This document shows, in pieces, positions 1-9,800 of a stretch of DNA of 37,635 nt. Every line of letters starts with the position of its first letter. Positions within the stretch are counted from its first letter, which is position 1. Source of the stretch: a virus (Duplodnaviria; Caudoviricetes). The DNA is taken from positions 1 through 37,635 of the IMG/VR virus record IMGVR_UViG_3300009435_000019. The stretch is one strand, 5' to 3'. Under the pieces are notes generated by a model that was not told the origin of the DNA, did no database searches, and worked only from the letters and a program-made list of their open reading frames with translations. Both the position numbers and the translations under genes were made by a program.

Positions 1-1383
1 AAGTCCGCTAGAACGTTCAAGAGTGCTTTTAGGAAACTTTTCTGGGACTTCAAATTTAATCTCTCCCCCTCCAGTAGGCGAGCTTTTCTTCTCAGCGGGA
101 CCTAGGTATTGCAGCTTGACAATATCTTCCCTACCCCTGTCTGCTCCATACATTTTGCCCCACCAAAAGTGCTCTCGCATGGCTAGGCTATATTTTGCAA
201 GACCAATAGATATTTCTAGATCCTCAAAAGATACCAGATCATTTTCTTCTTGTTTTTTACCTAGAATAGCTTCGTCCGTATCGGAATATAAGTCCCCCAA
301 AGTTAGAGGCTTTAAATCCATCTTAACACTTGTAGAACAGTTGTAAATTTTTCTTTCTCCACTTTGTCTATAAAGAGATATGCTTCCAGAATTTTGAGTA
401 TTTTCGACACTCTGCGTTTCTTCGAAACTTATAACGTCCTCTTCGCCGAGTTCGTCCTTGCCAATAATATCTGCTTCAACTTTTGTATCAATAAATTTAA
501 GAGTAGCTTTTCCTTCATTATTTTCTAAATAAAAGTTAAAAGAGAAGTCGGCTGACCATCTTTTTAAAACTTCTCTCAAAGTCCCTTCATACTGCGCGTA
601 ATATAGATCATTGGTTTCTGGCTGTCCTTCTATCTCTATATCTATGTCTGCCTGTGTAAAAAATTCTGCTATTGCTTCAAGTAATGATTTGAAATTATAT
701 CTAACCTCAAAAATCTCACTACATTCTAAATCTAAACATCTTTGACGATCTATACTGCCATCATACTTGTCTTCTGGACAGTTTGGGCATGGGTCACACC
801 CATCTCCCTGAAACAAGTCTTCTTCAAAATCTAAATAGCCATCTCGATTGGCGTCACAAGGGTGAAATTCTCTACCCATTAAAATTAAGGGCGTAACGTC
901 ACCATCGTCATTCAGTTGGATAAAAAATGGTGGCCTTCCAGTTTCATCGCCTTCAACTTCGACACCCTCCATCGAAGATAAAATATCTTTTTTGCTATAG
1001 CTTTTTAATCTTTTATCCCCTTCGTCAGATCTTGGTATAATCCCGTGCTTTTTATGTAATCCAATATAAATTTTATCCAAATTCATAGTAATGTCAAAAA
1101 AAGTTAATTCCAATATTTTGCCCGACTTACTCACACTGGTGCGCGTCTTGACTAGGGAGTATTTTCCTAATTCCTGTTCTCCTATCTTTATTTCGTAAAA
1201 CTCTTGAATAGAGTTGGCATCCAATTTTGGAATTTCGTATATACCATCTTCATTAACAACATTGATAGTGATGCTAGACGGTGAATCTGAAAAATTATTT
1301 TTGAATGAAGCATTGTATATTTTACCTCCAAATATATCAGTCGCGCCATCAATTTTTATCAATTCTATTTCTGTTTCTTTCAT
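1..1383 (-). CDS. Partial ORF (>=461 aa, runs off left edge); probable baseplate hub / tail-tip protein with an EF-hand-like, Cys-rich insert
   Basis: Absent from ORF track; hand translation from ATG at 1383 (MKETEIELIKIDGATDIFGGKIYNASF...) is open to position 1. YYAQYEGTLREVLKRWSADFSFNFYLEN resembles hub/late-control-D-like proteins (inference). Contains DANRDGYLDFEE and CDPCPNCP. Confidence 0.6.
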   Translation of the reverse strand, partial: MKETEIELIKIDGATDIFGGKIYNASFKNNFSDSPSSITINVVNEDGIYEIPKLDANSIQEFYEIKIGEQELGKYSLVKTRTSVSKSGKILELTFFDITMNLDKIYIGLHKKHGIIPRSDEGDKRLKSYSKKDILSSMEGVEVEGDETGRPPFFIQLNDDGDVTPLILMGREFHPCDANRDGYLDFEEDLFQGDGCDPCPNCPEDKYDGSIDRQRCLDLECSEIFEVRYNFKSLLEAIAEFFTQADIDIEIEGQPETNDLYYAQYEGTLREVLKRWSADFSFNFYLENNEGKATLKFIDTKVEADIIGKDELGEEDVISFEETQSVENTQNSGSISLYRQSGERKIYNCSTSVKMDLKPLTLGDLYSDTDEAILGKKQEENDLVSFEDLEISIGLAKYSLAMREHFWWGKMYGADRGREDIVKLQYLGPAEKKSSPTGGGEIKFEVPEKFPKSTLERSSGL

Positions 1384-1482
1384 CTATTGTATTATCTTAT
1401 AAATTATTGTTTTTTCAATTAATGTTAATTTCGTAATTTTCGCTTTTATATTTTATATTATATTAATTAAGTTTTTACAGGC

Positions 1483-3531
1483 CTATTGTGTATTTAGACT
1501 TTTCATATCTTCAGCCAAAAGTTTGTAACCATCTTGGAGTAGGATAGATTTACCCAAAATAGCTTGTTGAAAAAAGTTGTTTATATCCCCAAAGTAATCC
1601 CCCTTTGTTTCAAATATTCCAGATTTTAATCTTTTATTGTTTGGCGTCTCTAAATAATCTAAACTATGCAGCATCTTCTTTCCATTTAAGAAAACCATTG
1701 AGCTTTTTTCAAAAAATTTATCAAAACTTAAATAATTGTTATCTCCGCTATTGATTTCAAAATAATCATTAAACTCCATAGCCTTATACTCCCCAACTGG
1801 AAGATTGATAACCGATCCAGAACCAGTTAAGATGCTGTATAAAGAGTTTTTATCTCCAGTAAATAATAGGGAGGTTTTGCTTGTTCCAGTATACGAGCCA
1901 CTAATATCTTTAATTTTCAATTCGGATAGATTTCCGTAAGTGAAAACTCCAGAAGAGTTTAATCCGCTCCCAGTGATTTTATTATTTTTTATGTCATAAT
2001 TCTTTCCCGATATTTGCAAGTAACCGTTATAAAATGAAAAGAAGTTGCTATTTGAATCATTTTGTGGAATCTTAAAAAATCCTTCAGTATTATTATATTT
2101 TACAGTATTATTTAAATTTAAATCTTCTGGAGAAACTAAAGACTGATTTAAAAAAGAGGGAGCCATATTTTTTTTAATAAAAATCGAGTCAAACCCATAC
2201 TGATCAATATAACCGCTATCAACATAAAATCCGCACGATTGATCAATAACATCACTCACGAAGACTTCTTTTAATGTCTCGTTCTTAACCGTAGTAGATT
2301 CAAAACCACTTACAAGGCCAGTTATAGGTATAAAGTTAAAACCACTTATAATTCCAGTTCCAGTCTGAAATGAAAATATAGGCTCAATATTGCCACAATC
2401 ATTCAAGCAGTTATATTCAAATACGAGATCCGAAAACTGTCCAGTACTTAAAGTTACTTGGTTCTGAAAACCAGTAATTAACTGTCTAATTACAACACTC
2501 GAACCAGTTATTAGCCCAGTTTGAATATTTGACTCAGCAAAGTTACCGCTATACTCAAGAAAAAAGTTTCCTTTCTTTATTCCTATTTTGTCTCCACTTC
2601 GATAAAGGGATTCCCTATTTCCACAAAAATCACTAATGTAGCCAGTCTTTAGAATGTCCTTATTAAATGGAATGTTATTCTTTAAAACGGAAAATTCTCC
2701 AGAAATATCAACAGACTCTTTGAAAATATATTTAATACCGCTTTCAACGTATCCGCTTTGCGAAGTCTGCGTTCCAGTTAAACTGATTAAACCCAAAGAG
2801 TCCTCACTTCTAATTAAAAACCCAGAAAATATACTATTTAATTTGGTAGTATTTATTTTTTTATTGAAATAAACAAAGTTATCTATTGTCCCGCTAAAAC
2901 TTGATTCCGATATTTGTTTATTCGGTGTTCCACCAATAAACCAGTTTTCACCATGAGAAACTCCGTTTATTGAAAAGTTTTCCACATCAAATTTGTTTGT
3001 ATTAAAATTGTATCTCCCTATATTAAAGTTTGATCCATTTTTGTTTAAAACGATCCCATTATAACTAGCATAATTTAATTCTGAAACGAATATCCCAGAA
3101 GATGACTCAAGATATAAATTATGGGTATCATTAAATCCTAGATTAAAGCCTTTGTCACCCGATAGGCTGCTAAAAATAATACCGTTATTAGTCCCGTATT
3201 TGTTGGCGGTAATTATAAAGGTCCAATTTGAACTTCCAGATAAATTTTTTGAATTATTAATTTTTAAAAAACTTTCACTGTCATAATTTTTAATAAAATT
3301 GCCCGTTCCTTTTTTATCATAAAAACCAGAATAATTTTCCCCAACAGCATAGCCATCTGATATTTCTGTTTTTTTATTATAAACTATCGGCTTATAGGGA
3401 TTCCCAGATTCGAAAAAGCCGCTCGTTGCAGGTGATTCTCCAAGGATTCCAGTATCAAAGTCATAATATATGTCGATGTCCGACAAACTATTACCCTTGC
3501 TCCTATAAAAATCCAAAAAATCCTCTGCCAT
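1483..3531 (-). CDS. LamG/ConA-like domain virion protein (682 aa), SG/TG-rich
   Basis: WTFIITANK..NNGIIFSS..GFNLGFND..WFIGG..FSGTIDNFVYFNKKIN matches the LamG-3 pattern; two NG..(Q/M)...[ND]Y repeats near the C-terminus; ends in ILLQDGYKLLAEDMKSLNTQ. Confidence 0.7.
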   Translation of the reverse strand: MAEDFLDFYRSKGNSLSDIDIYYDFDTGILGESPATSGFFESGNPYKPIVYNKKTEISDGYAVGENYSGFYDKKGTGNFIKNYDSESFLKINNSKNLSGSSNWTFIITANKYGTNNGIIFSSLSGDKGFNLGFNDTHNLYLESSSGIFVSELNYASYNGIVLNKNGSNFNIGRYNFNTNKFDVENFSINGVSHGENWFIGGTPNKQISESSFSGTIDNFVYFNKKINTTKLNSIFSGFLIRSEDSLGLISLTGTQTSQSGYVESGIKYIFKESVDISGEFSVLKNNIPFNKDILKTGYISDFCGNRESLYRSGDKIGIKKGNFFLEYSGNFAESNIQTGLITGSSVVIRQLITGFQNQVTLSTGQFSDLVFEYNCLNDCGNIEPIFSFQTGTGIISGFNFIPITGLVSGFESTTVKNETLKEVFVSDVIDQSCGFYVDSGYIDQYGFDSIFIKKNMAPSFLNQSLVSPEDLNLNNTVKYNNTEGFFKIPQNDSNSNFFSFYNGYLQISGKNYDIKNNKITGSGLNSSGVFTYGNLSELKIKDISGSYTGTSKTSLLFTGDKNSLYSILTGSGSVINLPVGEYKAMEFNDYFEINSGDNNYLSFDKFFEKSSMVFLNGKKMLHSLDYLETPNNKRLKSGIFETKGDYFGDINNFFQQAILGKSILLQDGYKLLAEDMKSLNTQ

Positions 3532-3539
3532 GAGACGTT

Positions 3540-3567
3540 ATTACACATTTTATGTATGTATAAGAAA
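3540..3567 (-). promoter_or_regulatory. Putative phage late promoter TTTCTT-N16-TGTAAT for the LamG gene
   Basis: TGTAAT at 3545-3540, TTTCTT at 3567-3562; 8 nt between hexamer and ATG. Confidence 0.65.
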
Positions 3568-3595
3568 TTTCTCTTTTTATAAAAAAAACTGTAAT
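3568..3595 (+). promoter_or_regulatory. Putative phage late promoter TTTCTC-N16-TGTAAT for the plus-strand block
   Basis: TTTCTC 3568-3573, TGTAAT 3590-3595; 8 nt before ATG at 3604; back-to-back with the minus-strand copy. Confidence 0.7.
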
Positions 3596-3603
3596 ATTCC
3601 CCT

Positions 3604-3819
3604 ATGAGAAGGATTATTAGGGATAAAGGAATAGAAAAAAATATCAATGAGGTTGTGAATGTTTTTTTTGGACTTAAAGATGGAGAATTGCCAGAAAAGT
3701 TCAAAGATCTGCATAAGCAATACATTGCAGAATTAGAGTTTCAAGGTGGTGGTTGCTCTGGTTGTAAAAAAAATGCAATTCAGAGGCGTTATAAAAATAA
3801 TATATTAGAAAATATTTAA
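3604..3819 (+). CDS. Small hypothetical protein (71 aa) with GGGCSGC (CxxC) motif
   Basis: Follows promoter motif; its stop abuts the ATG at 3820. Confidence 0.7.
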   Translation: MRRIIRDKGIEKNINEVVNVFFGLKDGELPEKFKDLHKQYIAELEFQGGGCSGCKKNAIQRRYKNNILENI

Positions 3820-6800
3820 ATGTCAGAGTATTATACATCAACTGGAAGATATGATTTATCTACTGGAGATATTTTAGATGTAGAAACTAATCTGCCTCTA
3901 AAAACTTTCGACTTACCAGATTTTTTCCAGACTGGGAATAGAATTTCTAGCAATCTTTTGTACAACGAAGAGCTTAAGGTTGGCAGTTATTATGTTGATA
4001 CTTTCAATAAATTTTATCCAGATGTTCCACCCTCTGGGAGTTTAGAATATGAAAAACGAAAAATCGGGATTGATAGTATATGGAGTACTGATTTTGTAAA
4101 AAGCAAAAGATTTCACGACTATTATACTTGGACTGGTGTTGAATTCTCTGGAGACGTTGAGGGTTTCGGAGTTGTCGAAGTCGCTGGTCTTATATATTCT
4201 GGATATTCAGAGGGAACATTAACTGGAAACTATATTTTTGAAACTGGTGAAGCCCCGTCAATTACATTTACTGGTAAAAGTGTGGTATTGGTTTCTAAAG
4301 CCTCAACTTTTTCTAATTTCGCAACCACTTTTTTTAGTGGATTAAGGGGTTTGGTTAGTATAAGGCCTTTGTTGCAACCATCACGAAATGTTCCGTTTGT
4401 AGATTCTGAAACTGAAACTGGTAGGGCATATTTAAATGATGCTTTATTAAACTCTATTATACCTCAATTTGGGGGTGGAACCATCAAGAAATGGTCGCGT
4501 ATTGACGAGATGATTAGTGGTTTAGAAGAAAATAGTAGAGATAATAAAATATTTTTGTTGAGAGATTCTGATACCAGCAATATTAGCTTTGGAGCACAGA
4601 ATGATATTCCTGAAGAATATGTAATAGACAGAATTAAAAGCAGCCAGATTCCTGTATATGATTTTTATACTACACCGTCAAATACACAAGTTTCAAATCC
4701 TCTACAAAGCATTACAACATTTTCTTATTCTCGTACAGAAGCGGAAGATGCTTATATATCAACTTCCAAACAAATACCTGTATGGGTTAATGATCAGACA
4801 ACCGTTCTTCAAAATGGACCATCTAGCAATTGGCTATCTCCAGCAGATATTTTTCAATTTGATACTAGTGAATATTCTTTTGTAGGGGGTGGATATATTT
4901 CAGGGTCAAAAACTGGGAGTATTACTGGCGGGCTATATATTAATGTTTTTGATAAACCAGCGATATTAAAAACACAGGTTTATGGGAATTACTACGAGGA
5001 TAAATTTAGGGGAAATATAGACGTCTCAATAAGTGGTCGTGTTCAGTTTAAAAACATGTTTGAGGAATTCTTTTCTGGGGATGGTTACGGGATTAGAATA
5101 TCTGGAGAAAATTACAGTAATTCGTTAGTAACTGGAGACATGTTTTATCCTCCATATTCTGGAGAGCCTTACGTGGAAGGGAAATACATAGAAAAAGCTG
5201 TTAATTTCAAGAACTTTAACTTGATTAGTCCAATCAACTTGGATGGATTTTTTGTAAATGGAATAAACGTTAACGTAAGCGGAAATCCGTCTTACTCTGG
5301 GGAAATTTATTTAGCCTCTGGAGTTATTGATGTTAACAAGACCATCAATACTGGGATAACTGGAGAGTTTGATTTTTTCGATATAAGTTTTTTAAACGAA
5401 GTTCCCGAATATTTTGTTAATACAAGTGGCTCTAAAAATTTAATATCTGGAGATAATTTTTATACCTACCTAATATCAGACGCTTCGGGATATACTGAAA
5501 CTGCAATTACAAGTGGAATAATAATTCCTACAGATATCTCAGAAGATACTTTCACCAAGAGCATCGACCCATTTTTTAGCAGAAGCATTTCTGGAGATCA
5601 GGTAGTGGATGGCATCAAGGATGAGAGGGTTGAGGATTTGTTACCAAGGAGTACGAATCTTTTAAAAACAACAATACAGGCCAACGGAACGGGTCGTGCG
5701 TTTATAAGCGGCACTTTCCAAGGGGATATCACCTATACTGGTATTTATTACAAAGATGATGATTCTTTGGACGGAATTTTAAATCCAGCGCATGATTGGA
5801 ATTATAAAATTTCAGACTTAAGTAATTTTAATTTGACGGGGTTAGAGGGCGATAATAAGGTAAGAATTGTAGATGATTCAGGCGAAGATGTGGAAATTGC
5901 TGAAGATGTAGACATCATATTTTTGTTTGATCGGTCTGGCTCTATGGGTGACGACATAAGAAATTGTGCTGCTGCTATATCTGCATCCGAACTTTTTGAT
6001 TTTCGTATAATCAATGCATTTATCTATTCATATGATTATTATTACAGTAATAGTACTATTGGTATCATAAATGAGTATTATGATATCAATATGGTGACTA
6101 CACCGGGGTCTTATGAAAGATTCCAAGCGGTGTTAAATGATATCCGTAGCTATATAACATTGGAAGGGGGCAAGGAAAATCTATCAGAAGCAATTGTAGA
6201 TATAGATTCTATCGGTGCATTTAATGGTTATTCTGATAGAAAGGTTATTTTATGTGCATTCACAGACGAAGATGATGATTCTTTATCTAATTATGGATCT
6301 CAAGCTTTAAGCATCTTAGGAAGCAAAGAGGTTCAAACTGTTTTTTTTACTACTACGAGAGATTCTTATGGTAACACCAATTTGTTACTAGAACCTTATT
6401 ATAATAGCTTTTTAAATCAGTTGCCACCTGAGTGCAACGCTCAATGGGTAAATATGTCTAATGTTAACTCTGCGAATTTTAGTATTCTTATTAATGTGAT
6501 AGCTAAAAGAGGTTTTGCCAATCTTGATATCATTTCAATATTATCTATTGACAACGCTGATTTAAATGATTATATAGATGATTTATATTTTGAAGATGCT
6601 TCGTATTCGCAAGAAGATTTTTGGCCCTTAGGCTCGCTCTTTATTAAAAAATTAGAATTGAGTGGCGAAACTAGACGAGGTCTAGGTGTCAACGTAGATG
6701 ATGACTTTGCAATATTAGTAAATGATGAGGTAGTTTTAAGCCCAAGTAGAAATATAAGATGGTATTCACATTCCCCACCTTATTCGGTATGGGTAGTGGG

Positions 6801-9800
6801 CGGTAAAATCACTGCTAACTCTATTGATTATCCTATAACAAATTTATCCAGCGATTATAATCAAATATTTAAAGTTTCTGATAGTTGGGACGGATATGGT
6901 TCCGTAGAAGTATCTATTCAAGATAGAATAGATGAAATTGAGCTTTTGCATGGTCCTGTAGAATATTCATCTTTGGAACTCGTAGTAACTGATGGTAGAG
7001 GGTTAATAAGAGGTTGGAACGCTAAACCATTAGTTGGTAATTTAGATGAAAACCTATCTGTTGGCGTTTATTCAAAGCCTTTTATTCCTAATGGTTTTAA
7101 TATATCTACAGAAAGTTCTAATGACTTCCAGAATGCTTTCAATAGATCCTCGGAACAACTAACCTTAACTGAGTATACTTCAATTATATTAAATTCCATT
7201 GATTGGCCTTATGTCTCTTTAACTTCGGGGCAATCTTCTCCAGAATATGTATGGTCATATACTGGTAATATTTACCCCGATGATAAACTAGAAATAGCAG
7301 TATTTGATGGCTGGGGTTTTGCATCCAGAATAATTCCTTGGAGTGCTAAACTTACTTGGAGCGACGGTTTGGTTACTCGTGAAACTGGTGGATATTACCA
7401 AACTTTAGATACTGATTCTGCCAAGATCCGCTCCCGTGACGATACAGGATTAACAGCGTTACAATATTTCTCCGAAACTGGTGGTGGTCCTTGGGGGGAA
7501 TCATATGTATTTTACGAAAGTGGTAAAGGCATAATTGACATAACCAGAGATGAGAAGCCAAAATTTGTTCAGGATATAGCATATATTCAATATGACACAA
7601 GTGGAATCCCTTATAATATAGCTCAAGGAGTTGGCTTTTCCGTTAGGTATCAAGAATCCATTTCTTCCAGTGATCCAAATTTTTCAGAATTAAACAAGCC
7701 AGAAGTAAAGTGGGAAGACGTTGGTTTTATTTGTAATTTAGAGTTATTGGGTAAAATTAATAAAGATAACAATGACGACGACGACGAAGATGAAGATGAA
7801 GGGCTGTGTGAGCCACCACCAGGCTGCCCCGGCACAGAAGGCGCTGGTGGAGCTGGGGGCGAGCCACCGGGCGGTGGCGGCAACGTCGGCAACAAAGACA
7901 AATCGGTTTCTGGCGCTTTTTTTAGTGGAAGCATAGATTTTAATAAAATAAGTCTTGGCGATTATTTGGAATTTAGTCCGTATAATTTTGACTTCTCTGG
8001 TAAATACATGGAGACCTATGGAACTGGCTTTCCTAGTAATTATAATTTAGATAATAAGTTTTATTATGACAGAAGGGGTAACAATGTTAGCACATTTAGT
8101 AATGCGACTGAGCTGTCCTATTTGCTTAACAGTTATTATAATACTTTTACATTAGGCACAAAAAGGGGTATATGGCAGTCATTTAAAGTTGATATTGAAG
8201 AATACGCAAATGACAAAAGTGGAGATTTTTATAATGGGCCATTGTTAAAAGCGACCCCTATTAATTCTAACTTTTTGCAGATACAATCCCTAATCTACGG
8301 AGAAATGGGGGGTTATAAAATTGAGTTTAATAATCAAGATGGGATTGATAGTAAATATCAATACTCAATGCCGATTTCCATAGGGGTTCAAGCCAGTGAC
8401 AATGGTCAGCGGTGGAAAAACCTAATGCTGAAAGATTTCAATTACGACGAAAATAGCCACGAACTCATAACTGACGGATTGGAATTACAAAAACAACCGC
8501 TATCCTTTATTGAGGGTTCTGAGCTAAGAGTTGATAACGAGAAAGAGGGGATAGACTCAATAATCATAAATTCAAATGATCATTCAATTATATCGGGAGA
8601 TGGCGTATTTTTAAATCAAGTAGAATCCATTGGGCTAACTTTTACAAATCTTGGATATGGCGTATTTACTGGAGTTGGATTCCCTGAAGAAATAGATGTT
8701 TCGGATTTTTATAAAGAAGATATCCAATTCCAGTATAGTGGAAATTATTCTGGATCTTTACTTGGTTTCGTTTCTGGCTACAAAGTAGTCAAGCCACAAG
8801 AAGAAGATGATGAATTAGACTTCGAAGACATAATATATCCCTGCCCTTCACCTAAAATAGTTAAAAGATCAAAGTCTGTTATTATTGAAAGTGGGCTTGA
8901 CAGCTTTGGTAACTACTATACAATTTCTCAAGATGAAGAGGCTGAATGTAGCGGGTGCGATAATCACTATCAAATAGAAATTCCAGTTGGCCACCCCATT
9001 AATTCTGGCGTAGATATCGAAGATCCGAATTATATAAAAACTGGCTATGTTCTATGTAAAGAAGAGATACCGGAACAAGAAAAGGAAAAGTTAATACCGA
9101 AAGTAACAACTATATCATATAGCGGATTTTTTACAGGCTTTGAAGGTGAAAATATATTTCCATCAAATAATACATATTTTAATGGATCATTCACAGCCGA
9201 CTTGAAACCAGAAGCCCTTTTTGAGATCGCTAATCAAGTGGCGGTTTATCCAGTTAATACAGCCTCTTTATTCTTTGAGGATATCTCGGTTATCCCAAAT
9301 TCCGTTATAAAAGGGGAAGAAGAAGAGGAATCAAACCCAGAAAGCGATCAAAGCATCAGCTTTAGAACTGGGTTCATATTTGAGAATGAAAACCCTTATA
9401 GGTATTATAGATTATTCTATAGCGGGTTCAGTGTTCTCCCATTAGAGGAGGGCTTTTTATCGCAGAGTGGAATAACGATATTCGACGAGATTAATTTGTA
9501 TGGACCAACTAATTATCAATTTGATTTGAGTGGGTCACAAGAGATTACCCTATATGATGCTACTTATTCTGGAAACTTACAAGTTCCAGTTTTCGGCAAT
9601 GTAACTGGCATACACACTGGCAGTAGCTTTTCTGGAGTATTGCCCGTCAATGAAAACAAAACTGGAATTATAACCTCAGACTTCTTCTACAATGGCGAGC
9701 AAGTTTACGCTACTGATTTTTTTGGCAACTATGTCACCAACTTAACTGGAATTGGAGAAGCTTCTGGGACTATTACTGGATTGTTTTATAATACAGAAAC

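Noticed and set aside
23-1402. Plus-strand track ORFs 23-346 and 1214-1402
   Set aside because: Antisense shadows of the long minus-strand ORF 1383->1 that the track missed because it has no stop in the window.
1384-1482. Very AT-rich 99-bp gap as origin or ncRNA
   Set aside because: No iterons or stable hairpin visible; most simply a regulatory spacer, though it lacks a clear copy of the bipartite motif.
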